Origin: a virus
Lineage: Duplodnaviria > Caudoviricetes
Length of the DNA: 26,098 nt
Reading direction: 5' to 3' (one strand)
Virus record (IMG/VR): IMGVR_UViG_3300023213_000092
Coordinates: 1-26,098 of that record
Both the position numbers and the translations under genes were made by a program. This document shows positions 16,047 to 23,209 of the stretch, piece by piece (within the stretch, counting starts at the first letter, position 1; every line of letters begins with the position of its first letter). Below the pieces are notes generated by a model that saw only the letters and a list, made by a program, of their open reading frames with translations, was not told where the DNA came from and made no database searches.

Positions 16047-17236
16047 TGGCGATCATCGACTGGCAGGAAATCTGGAACGGCCGGCGCGGGGAGCTGGACA
16101 ACCTCCGGGCCATGCGAAAGTATGAGCGCGTCTTTCGCGCGATCACCAACAATTCCGGTGACGGCCCAGCGGAGATTTTCACGGAGACGGGCTTGCCTGG
16201 TCTGCTGGCGAGCTATGTCGATGCCAACGGCAACGCGGTGGATACTGGCGCTATCCTCCGCAATATCCGCATCGAGCAGGAGGATGACAATCCCTTCTTC
16301 TGGACGGTGCGCTGCGAGTACAGCTCCGAGCCGTATGACGTGCAGCAGCGCACCGAGGAGCAGCAGGACCCGCTGTCGCGCCCGCCGATCTTCAGCGTCG
16401 GCACGTCGCGCGTGCAGCGCGTCTTCGATCATGACGCCTGGGGACAACCCGTCGTCACCTCGGCCGGCGCGCCATTCTCGCCCCTGCCCGAAGCCGACGA
16501 TACGCGCATTGTCTTGACGGTCGAACGGAATGAGTCGTCGCCGGACTGGCTGACGATCCTGTCCTATCAGGATGCGGTCAATAGCGACAGTTTTCTGGGT
16601 TTTCCACCAGGCACTGGCAAGGTGAAGATCGAAGCCCAGAGCATGTACGAAAACAACAGCTATTACTGGAAGCTGACATACACCTTCGAGCTGCGCAACT
16701 TCGTGACGATCCAGGGCACGCAATGGTACGGCTGGGACACCCACATTCTGGATCGCGGTTTTTATGCGCTCGACGCCAATGGCAAGCCGCGCCTGATCCT
16801 CGACTATCAGGGCAACCCGCCCGCTGATCCGGTGCTGCTCGACGGCACCGGCAAACAGCAGACGACGAACTCCGTGACCAACGTCAAGGTCACAAACGGC
16901 GGGTCCGGCTATGACGTGCGCAACAGTGGGGTGACGGTCAGCTTCTCCGACGGCGGCGGTTCCGGGGCGACGGCGATCGCCGTGACGGCCAACGATGCCA
17001 TGCACCAGAACAAGCCCTACGATCCCGCCAATCAGCAGGTGATCGCCATTCTGGTCACGAACGGCGGCTCGGGCTATACGAGCGCCCCGACCGTGACGAT
17101 CACCGGCAGCAACGGAGTTTCCGGCACGAACGCCGCGGCGACGGCGATGATCGGGCTGACGCCCGTTTTTCTCCATTTCCGGCCTTACAACTGGCTGCCG
17201 TTCAGCGTCTTCAATCTGCCCAGCAGCATCACCTAG
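16046..17236 (+). CDS. Tail tip protein with two NGGSGY beta repeats
   Basis: TAATG overlap with the tape measure gene. TSAGAPF, YQDAVNSD, LDRGF, PVLLDG motifs. VTNGGSGY twice. Confidence 0.75.
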   Translation: MAIIDWQEIWNGRRGELDNLRAMRKYERVFRAITNNSGDGPAEIFTETGLPGLLASYVDANGNAVDTGAILRNIRIEQEDDNPFFWTVRCEYSSEPYDVQQRTEEQQDPLSRPPIFSVGTSRVQRVFDHDAWGQPVVTSAGAPFSPLPEADDTRIVLTVERNESSPDWLTILSYQDAVNSDSFLGFPPGTGKVKIEAQSMYENNSYYWKLTYTFELRNFVTIQGTQWYGWDTHILDRGFYALDANGKPRLILDYQGNPPADPVLLDGTGKQQTTNSVTNVKVTNGGSGYDVRNSGVTVSFSDGGGSGATAIAVTANDAMHQNKPYDPANQQVIAILVTNGGSGYTSAPTVTITGSNGVSGTNAAATAMIGLTPVFLHFRPYNWLPFSVFNLPSSIT

Positions 17237-17248
17237 ATCGGGAGGCGA

Positions 17249-17749
17249 ATGAGCCAGACGATTCAGAACAGCGATTTCTATGTGGCCGGCAATCTGTCGG
17301 CCAAGTCGTTTACCCCGCCGGTCGGCTCGATCGGTGATGCCGCCGTGCTGGGCGCCGCCGGCGTGCAGGCGTCCAAGCTCCAGCACCAATACGAGCCGGT
17401 CTACCAGCAGGCCAGCGGCGTCAACGCCGTGACGGAAACGCGGACCCTGCACGTCGTCAAGGGAGGCACGGCGACCGTGGTGGACTTCGCCGCCGGAGCG
17501 GTCACGCCCCTGACCGGCAATGACACCTGCACCGTGGACCTGAAAAAGAATGGCACCTCCATCCTGACCAGTGCCATCAGCCTGGCCAGCACGGACACGG
17601 CGCGCACGCTCAAGAGCGCCGCCGGCTATACCAGCACCGCGCTGGTCGCCGGCGACTGGCTGGAAGTGGTCGTCACGGTGACGCACAACACCGGCACGCA
17701 GCCGCAAGGCGTCGCCGCCCGACTGACGCTCCGGGAAGATGCACAGTAA
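17249..17749 (+). CDS. Putative structural tail/fibre protein
   Basis: TVDLKKNGTSILT and LVAGDWLEVVV beta-sandwich pattern. SD GGGAGG. Confidence 0.72.
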   Translation: MSQTIQNSDFYVAGNLSAKSFTPPVGSIGDAAVLGAAGVQASKLQHQYEPVYQQASGVNAVTETRTLHVVKGGTATVVDFAAGAVTPLTGNDTCTVDLKKNGTSILTSAISLASTDTARTLKSAAGYTSTALVAGDWLEVVVTVTHNTGTQPQGVAARLTLREDAQ

Positions 17750-18687
17750 TGGGCGACAAGCCGTTTGTCCTGTCCGACCGCAGTCTCGACCGGCTGCTCA
17801 CCACTGAGGACCGGGTCGATGCCCTGCCGCCGCGCCGCGACGGACAGAGGCAGGGGCCGCGCGGACCGGGCGCGGCCCCGCTCAACTGGATCAAAGTCAC
17901 CTCGACGACGGCCCAGACGGTCAATCTGCCCAACAGCCACACCATCCAGGCCTACCCGGCCGTGTGGTCGTATTTCGACTCGGGGCTGGGGCAATGGGTC
18001 GATGGCACGGCCCCGCAGAATTCGGTGTGGTACCTCGATGCCAACGGGTCGCCGGTCGCGAGCGCTCAGCGCTATCTGGCCCGCTGCGTCGGCGCCGATC
18101 TCAACGGTCAAACTATCTGGAGCATGTCAGCGGCCGCCGGCGATGAGGACGTGTTGATTACGATCAGGTCGGCTACGTCCAGCACCGTGACGACCTCGGT
18201 GGGGACATTCACGTCCTACCCGGCGCTCTCTTATGTTCCGGGCGGGACCGGGCAGAACGGTTGGTGCGTCTATCCGAACGGCGTCCCTATTGGCGTGCCC
18301 ACGGCCAGCCCGATCCTGGCCAGACAGATTGCCACCGAAACATCGTCGGGCAAGCCGGTCTGGGAAATCAGCTTCTGGCCGACGATACACACGGACGTGA
18401 CGCCCAGCACGCTGACGGGCTACGTGGGCCAACCTTACGCCGCGTTCACGCCTGCCGGCAACGGTTTCACGAACCCTTCGTTCATGACGACGAGCTCGGT
18501 CATTGTCGGCAGCAATTTCATCGAGGTCGCCGGGGGTGATGTACTGATCGGAGCGGGGCCGTCCAGCACACAATACGCCGGCGGCCTCTATCTGGGCGCT
18601 TCCGGTCCCGATGGCGTGGGCAGCGTGTTCGTCAATGGCGTGTGCGTGGCGGTCGGCAATGGTCCCGACGATGGGAGCTACTGGTAA
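17749..18687 (+). CDS. Putative minor tail protein
   Basis: TAATG overlap. Beta-rich G/T/S composition. Ends DDGSYW. Confidence 0.7.
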   Translation: MGDKPFVLSDRSLDRLLTTEDRVDALPPRRDGQRQGPRGPGAAPLNWIKVTSTTAQTVNLPNSHTIQAYPAVWSYFDSGLGQWVDGTAPQNSVWYLDANGSPVASAQRYLARCVGADLNGQTIWSMSAAAGDEDVLITIRSATSSTVTTSVGTFTSYPALSYVPGGTGQNGWCVYPNGVPIGVPTASPILARQIATETSSGKPVWEISFWPTIHTDVTPSTLTGYVGQPYAAFTPAGNGFTNPSFMTTSSVIVGSNFIEVAGGDVLIGAGPSSTQYAGGLYLGASGPDGVGSVFVNGVCVAVGNGPDDGSYW

Positions 18688-19334
18688 TGCCGCTGCCCAA
18701 ACACCCCAACCCGAACACCGACCGCTATCCGTGGCTGCACCCAGCCCCACCGTTCTTCGAGGGTCTGGTCGAGATCGACAACCTGAACAGTTTCTATGTC
18801 AGCATCGCCGTAGTGGTCTCGCCCGTGGTCTATGTCAACCCCGCGGGGGTGAACAATCCGCTGTGGAACCTGGCCCTGACGGACCTGGGCAACACGTTGC
18901 AGGGCAGCATCATCTACGATGCGAACCAGAATCCGCTCGCCGCCGGCGGCTACTCCGTACCGATTTATCTGCAATGGAACGGCGTCACTTATTCGGGTTA
19001 CAGCTCGGTGAATACCAATGACGCGGATGGCGCGCCGCTGGATGGCAGATCCTTGGCCTCGTTTCCCGGCTTGAACGTGTCGGAGCTGCTCGTTGCCGCC
19101 TATGTGCCGGCCGGAGGGTTCGGGGAGCCTGCCCTCGGCGAGAGCCAGGTTGTGCCCCTGTACCTGAGCCTGACGGAGGTGAACTTCCACAGCAAGCAGG
19201 CGTCGCCCTCGTCTGGCTCGCCCGTGCTGATCGCGGGCAATTCCTTCTCGCTGTCGCTCCTGCCCTGGAGCGCCACCTTGAAGGTGGGCGCTCATACCTA
19301 TGGTGTCATCGGACCATTCAAGGGGCCGGTATGA
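18687..19334 (+). CDS. Putative minor tail protein
   Basis: TAATG overlap gives a start at 18687 (MPLPKHPNP...). Beta-rich. Confidence 0.65.
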   Translation: MPLPKHPNPNTDRYPWLHPAPPFFEGLVEIDNLNSFYVSIAVVVSPVVYVNPAGVNNPLWNLALTDLGNTLQGSIIYDANQNPLAAGGYSVPIYLQWNGVTYSGYSSVNTNDADGAPLDGRSLASFPGLNVSELLVAAYVPAGGFGEPALGESQVVPLYLSLTEVNFHSKQASPSSGSPVLIAGNSFSLSLLPWSATLKVGAHTYGVIGPFKGPV

Positions 19335-19666
19335 CGATCCGCATCCGCCGCGGGCCTTACCCGCCGAACCCGATAGTCCTTCCCGAGGGGCAACCCTGCG
19401 AATGCGGGATCATCTCCGGCGGCAGCACGTTCACGATGTTGTTTCTTGGCAGCCACGATGGCCAGAACAAACTGCTCGGCGGCGGCTTCCAGCTGGTGAG
19501 CGGCACCCCCGCGTTTGCGGCGCCGCAAGGAGCTGTCCTTTTCGATCCCTTGTCGCAAACGCTGTATGTCAGCACGTCCTACCCGACACCGTCCTGGCTC
19601 GCCATCGGTGGCGGTGGCGGAGGCGGAGGCGGGTCGGGAACGATTGACGGCGGCACCTGGGTTTAG
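19331..19666 (+). CDS. Short fibre/adaptor-like protein
   Basis: IRIRRG...LPEGQP N-terminus, poly-Gly linker, IDGGTW C-terminus. ATGA overlap. Confidence 0.68.
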   Translation: MTIRIRRGPYPPNPIVLPEGQPCECGIISGGSTFTMLFLGSHDGQNKLLGGGFQLVSGTPAFAAPQGAVLFDPLSQTLYVSTSYPTPSWLAIGGGGGGGGGSGTIDGGTWV

Positions 19667-19709
19667 GGAGCAAACGAGTCTCTCTGTTTTTCCTGTAGAA
19701 AGGAGCTTA

Positions 19710-20168
19710 ATGGCTGGTTTGAAGTATCGCGTGGCCACCGGCGAGGTGGCCATCACCTCCACGGCGAAAACCGTGGTCACGATCAGCGCGCCGGCTAACC
19801 AGCGCGTCAAGATCCGTGGCATTTCGATCTGGGGCAAAGGCACGTCCAATACGGACTCGCCTGTCAAGGTCGAGTACATTCGTGCCAACTCCATCACTGG
19901 CGGCACGGCCGGCACGGTCACGACGACCAAGTCGGACGGCGACATCGGCGAGACGATTCAGTCCACCGTCGCCGGCAACTACACGGCCGAGCCAACCTAT
20001 ACCAGCGGCGTGACCGAGGAGGTCAAGGAGGTCCATCCGCAAAGCGGCTGGGAAATCTGGCCGCCGAGCGAAGACGACATCGTCCTCAAAGGAGGCACCG
20101 TGTTCGCGCTGCGCCTGACCAGCGTGCAAAACGAGACGGTGGCCGTGGTCCTCTATTGCGAAGAGTAG
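19710..20168 (+). CDS. Putative structural protein (beta-sandwich)
   Basis: SD AAGGAG before ATG 19710. T/V/G-rich, ends LYCEE. Confidence 0.78.
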   Translation: MAGLKYRVATGEVAITSTAKTVVTISAPANQRVKIRGISIWGKGTSNTDSPVKVEYIRANSITGGTAGTVTTTKSDGDIGETIQSTVAGNYTAEPTYTSGVTEEVKEVHPQSGWEIWPPSEDDIVLKGGTVFALRLTSVQNETVAVVLYCEE

Positions 20169-20178
20169 TCGGCCTGTC

Positions 20179-20208
20179 GCGGCGTGGAGTGATGCAGCTC
20201 CACGCCGC
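20179..20208. repeat. REP-like intergenic palindrome
   Basis: GCGGCGTGGAG-tgatgcag-CTCCACGCCGC, a perfect 11-bp stem with no U-tract. Confidence 0.65.
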
Positions 20209-20238
20209 CTCCTGATCCTCGTCTAAGTGGGTGCGCCG

Positions 20239-21624
20239 ATGCCCTGGTCCCCGGTACAATCGACGGGCAGCCAGAACCAGAACACGGCCTCTCTGGCGAC
20301 GGCGTTCAGCTCCAACGTCACCAGCGGCAACGTCGTGATCGTGGCGATCACGGCCGACAACGCCGTGGCGCTCACCTTCGGCGTCTCCGACACGCTGGGC
20401 ACAACCTATACGGCTGTCGCCAGTCCGGTCGTCAATGGCACCCGGCAGGTCCAGATATTCTACGGAGCGCTCACCAGCTCGGGGGCCAACACGGTCACCG
20501 TCTCGACCGGCGCCACGTCGGGCCCTCTCAGCGCTGGCATTGCCGAATACTCCGGCCTCTACACCGGCAGTCCGCTCGATGCGTCGTCTTCCGCGACGGG
20601 GACCAGCAACAGCCCGACCACCGGCAGCATCCCCGTCAGCGGCAACGGCGAGCTTGTTCTGGGCGTGCTCGCGGCTGGCCAGCCCGGAATGAATTTCAGC
20701 ATTACGGATGCCGGGGGCTTCACGAATCGCTATTCCGGCGTCACGAGCGGTAATTCCACGATCGATGTGGAGGACACGTCGGCCTCATCGGCGACGGCGG
20801 CGACCTGGACCATCACCAATAGCCCATCCTGGGCGGCAATGGGGGCCAGTTTCACGGCGCTGATCGCGGTCCCCATCGACGGCATGAAGCGCGTGTGGAT
20901 CAGGGACCAGGAACCCGACCGGCCACAAGGGTTCATCGGCCCGCTGCCGCCTCCGCTCATCCCGGCCGCCGGCGGCGCGCCAGCGCCCTTTGTGCTGCGC
21001 TGGGATGAGGACCGGCCCGCCAACGTGGTGCAAGCCCGTGTGCCGATCGTGCCGCCCTCGGCGCTGCGGCCGTTCACTCCGGTGGTGGTGCGCTGGGACG
21101 AGGAACGACCGGGGCTCGTTTGCCTGCTGCCGCTGTTGGCGCCGCCCGTGCCGGGCCCGGCACCTCGGCCGCGCATCCTGGCGAGCGATGACGACCGGCT
21201 CCCCGTCCTCTGGATCGGCCGGCCGCTGCCGGTCATCAACCCGCCGCGGATAGCCGGCGGTGCGCCGCCGCCCTTTGTGCGCGCCTTCGTGGAGCCGGCG
21301 GCGTCCGATCTGGCGGCCGTTGTGCTGCGCGCGGCCCCGTTACCTCTGGCAGCGGCCGGCCGTCCCGGCACGCTGATCCTGTTCAAACGCGGCCCGCTGG
21401 GCACCATACCCACTTTGCGCCAGGGCGAACCGGGTTGGATGACGGATACGAACCAGCTGTTTGTCGGCGACGGTTTCGCGGACCATTACATCGGCGGCCT
21501 CGCCGGCGTGCCCGCCACCAATACCGCGGCCGGCTATCCCGGCATGCTCGCCACCGATGGCACCTATTTGTACCTGTGCATAGCTGCCAACCAATGGAAG
21601 CGCGTGGCCCTGTCCGTTTTCTGA
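20239..21624 (+). CDS. Putative tail fibre protein
   Basis: N-terminal T/S-rich beta domain, Pro-rich repeats, ILFKRG..LRQGEPGWMTDTNQLFVGDG module, C-terminal GTYLYLCIAANQWKRVAL. Start 20239 or 20227. Confidence 0.78.
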   Translation: MPWSPVQSTGSQNQNTASLATAFSSNVTSGNVVIVAITADNAVALTFGVSDTLGTTYTAVASPVVNGTRQVQIFYGALTSSGANTVTVSTGATSGPLSAGIAEYSGLYTGSPLDASSSATGTSNSPTTGSIPVSGNGELVLGVLAAGQPGMNFSITDAGGFTNRYSGVTSGNSTIDVEDTSASSATAATWTITNSPSWAAMGASFTALIAVPIDGMKRVWIRDQEPDRPQGFIGPLPPPLIPAAGGAPAPFVLRWDEDRPANVVQARVPIVPPSALRPFTPVVVRWDEERPGLVCLLPLLAPPVPGPAPRPRILASDDDRLPVLWIGRPLPVINPPRIAGGAPPPFVRAFVEPAASDLAAVVLRAAPLPLAAAGRPGTLILFKRGPLGTIPTLRQGEPGWMTDTNQLFVGDGFADHYIGGLAGVPATNTAAGYPGMLATDGTYLYLCIAANQWKRVALSVF

Positions 21625-21636
21625 AGCGAGCGGCGA

Positions 21637-22242
21637 ATGCGATCCGCCCCGGTCCGTTATAGGCTGCCGGCGACGTTTCGTGTCTGGCTCGAAATTACCC
21701 TCGGGCTCGGCTTGCTGCTCGTGCTGCTGCTACCGGGGCTGGTGGCGCGGGCGTGGTGGTGGGCGAGAGCGAAGAGGAGGAGGTGGACCATGAGGCGCGT
21801 GCTGTTGCTGGCGGCGTGTGCCCTGCTGGCGGTCGCCAGCAGGGCCCCGAGTGAGCTCGTGCCGGTCTGGGAGTGGCACCGGCTCGACCGGGAGCATTAC
21901 GTGCTCTGTCGCTACGGCTTCCCGGCCGGCACGCTGCGCCTGGCGGACGGCGTGTACCTGCGCTGGCTACCGCCCGCTGGCTGGCAGCGCTGCAACCCGC
22001 CCTATCCGCCCTCAGCCGAAATCCTCCAGGAGCTGGAGCGCCGCCGGCGGATCACCTGGCAGCGGCAGGGACCACCAGGGGACAGGGGACGGGAGACGGG
22101 AATCGGGTTTCCGTCTCCTGGCTGTGGCCCCCTGTCTCCTGGCCCTGCTCATCGACTGACAACGACTTGTCAGTGCGCAGCAACTTGCCCAGCTTTTTTC
22201 CCAGGGCGAGTCAATAAATCCACCAGCTCGCGCATCAACTAA
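21637..22242 (+). CDS. Membrane/secreted hypothetical protein with a possible second in-frame start at 21790
   Basis: N-terminal TM helix. Internal GAGGAGGAGGT SD precedes MRRVLLLAACALLAVAS, a signal-like sequence. The C-terminal part runs through a repeat hairpin and is doubtful. Confidence 0.5.
   Translation: MRSAPVRYRLPATFRVWLEITLGLGLLLVLLLPGLVARAWWWARAKRRRWTMRRVLLLAACALLAVASRAPSELVPVWEWHRLDREHYVLCRYGFPAGTLRLADGVYLRWLPPAGWQRCNPPYPPSAEILQELERRRRITWQRQGPPGDRGRETGIGFPSPGCGPLSPGPAHRLTTTCQCAATCPAFFPGRVNKSTSSRIN
22066..22147. repeat. Heptamer-based inverted repeat element (MITE/REP-like)
   Basis: CAGGGGA CAGGGGA CGGGAGA CGGGA pairs with TTCCGTCTCCTG (22109-22120) and CCCCTGTCTCCTGG (22129-22142). 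Confidence 0.7.
22155..22174. promoter_or_regulatory. Palindromic protein-binding-site candidate
   Basis: ACTGACAA-cgac-TTGTCAGT, a perfect 8-bp inverted repeat, AT-richer than the background. Confidence 0.5.
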
Positions 22243-22462
22243 GGTAGTCGGCCCCGGACGCAGGGGACAGCCAGTGCGACCGCGGCGAAATGGCGGGAGG
22301 TCCGAGCCGTGACGACGGCCTACCAGGGGAGCCAAGGGAAATGTGGCCTTGCGGGGAGCCAGCGAGATCGGCCTAGCCGGGGAGCCCAGCGAAGTGGGGC
22401 CTAGCGACGACGGCGAAGCGGTCGGACCAAGGCCCTGGCGGACTGCCAGGGCCTTTTGTGTT
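22243..22462 (+). ncRNA. Candidate multi-hairpin small RNA
   Basis: Five stems with similar 9-nt loops, three GGGGAGCC..GGCCTWGC units, ending in an intrinsic terminator. The 5' end is undefined. Confidence 0.65.
22429..22462 (+). terminator. Intrinsic terminator
   Basis: AAGGCCCTGGCG-GAC-TGCCAGGGCCTT followed by TTGTGTT. Confidence 0.85.
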
Positions 22463-22490
22463 GACGGCCTCAGCGCCGGCGCCTATCCAT

Positions 22491-22623
22491 CCCCCAAGCC
22501 CCCAAGATGCTGAACCTCCGGAGCTGTCCGAAACGGTCCAGAAACACAGCAAGACGCAAGGAGAGGCAGAAAGACGCAAGTAGAGGAAGAAAGACGAACT
22601 TGCAAGAAGGAACTTGCAAGAAG
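22491..22623. repeat. Cluster of short tandem direct repeats
   Basis: CCCCCAAG x2 (22491-22506). A 20-mer AAGACGCAAGKAGAGGMAGA x2 plus partial (22551-22596). GAACTTGCAAGAAG x2 (22596-22623). Confidence 0.8.
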
Positions 22624-22787
22624 GAAGGAAAACATAGGGGACCAGCCCGCATAACCGGACCTTGCATCCGGCATTTTCGGCAAGAATTGCGGAGAGTGTG
22701 GTCCATTCTAAGCACCCAACGCGTTATGATATGTAGGCAGTGACACTGATATGGCATCCAGCGGGGCATCCAGAGGAGCAGACAGAC

Positions 22788-22985
22788 ATGACGAAAACAT
22801 GGCCCGAACGAATGCGCGTCGCCGAGGCATGCCTATACTCCGGCCTCGGTGACCAACTCATCAGGCAACTGATCCGGCGGGGCGTCCTCACCGCATACAG
22901 GCCGACGGCGCGTCGGACCATGATCGAAAAGGCATCCCTCGACGCTTATCTCGCCTCGGTGCGATTGCCGGCGGCTGCGAGTTGA
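22788..22985 (+). CDS. Excisionase-like HTH DNA-binding protein
   Basis: MRVAEACLYSGLG...IRQLIRRGVL.A......TMIEKASLDAYL winged-HTH pattern. SD GAGGAG. Upstream of the integrase. Confidence 0.85.
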   Translation: MTKTWPERMRVAEACLYSGLGDQLIRQLIRRGVLTAYRPTARRTMIEKASLDAYLASVRLPAAAS

Positions 22986-23064
22986 AACACCCAAAATGAG
23001 CGGCCGCCGCGACGGCGCGCAGCTGCCCGACGATGCCGCGCTCGCGGCTGTCCCTTTCGAGGAG

Positions 23065-23098
23065 GCCCGCTGGTCCCTAAGGACCAGCGGGCTTTTTT
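23065..23098 (+). terminator. Intrinsic terminator
   Basis: GCCCGCTGGTCC-CTAA-GGACCAGCGGGC followed by TTTTTT. Confidence 0.93.
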
Positions 23099-23122
23099 AT
23101 TGCGATGAGGGGAAAGCTGGGA

Positions 23123-23151
23123 TCGACATATTTGTACGAAGTGGATACAAT
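23123..23151 (+). promoter_or_regulatory. Sigma70-type promoter (distal integrase promoter)
   Basis: TCGACA-N17-TACAAT. Confidence 0.7.
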
Positions 23152-23163
23152 AGCTGGCAGTGG

Positions 23164-23192
23164 TTGACATTTTGGCAAATCTGGGCTAAGTT
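23164..23192 (+). promoter_or_regulatory. Sigma70-type promoter (proximal integrase promoter)
   Basis: TTGACA-N17-TAAGTT. Confidence 0.7.
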
Positions 23193-23209
23193 TGCGGGAG
23201 GGCGAAACC

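Noticed and set aside
19606-19638. GGN triplet run as a DNA repeat element
   Set aside because: Explained by a poly-Gly linker in the 19331-19666 protein.
17249-21624. Diversity-generating retroelement or invertible tail-fibre shufflon
   Set aside because: I saw no reverse transcriptase, no adenine-specific TR/VR pair and no inverted fibre cassettes with crossover repeats.
22304-22405. CRISPR mini-array interpretation of the GGGGAGCC/GGCCTAGC repeats
   Set aside because: The variable parts are only 8-11 nt and resemble each other, the period is 26-27 nt, and there are no cas genes.
22507-22743. 78-aa ORF over the tandem-repeat patch, and its minus-strand counterparts
   Set aside because: Low-complexity translation of purine-rich repeats, with no SD.
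22243-22790. Type III toxin-antitoxin locus (repeats, terminator, toxin)
   Set aside because: No toxin-like ORF follows the terminator. The next credible gene is a small HTH over 300 nt away.
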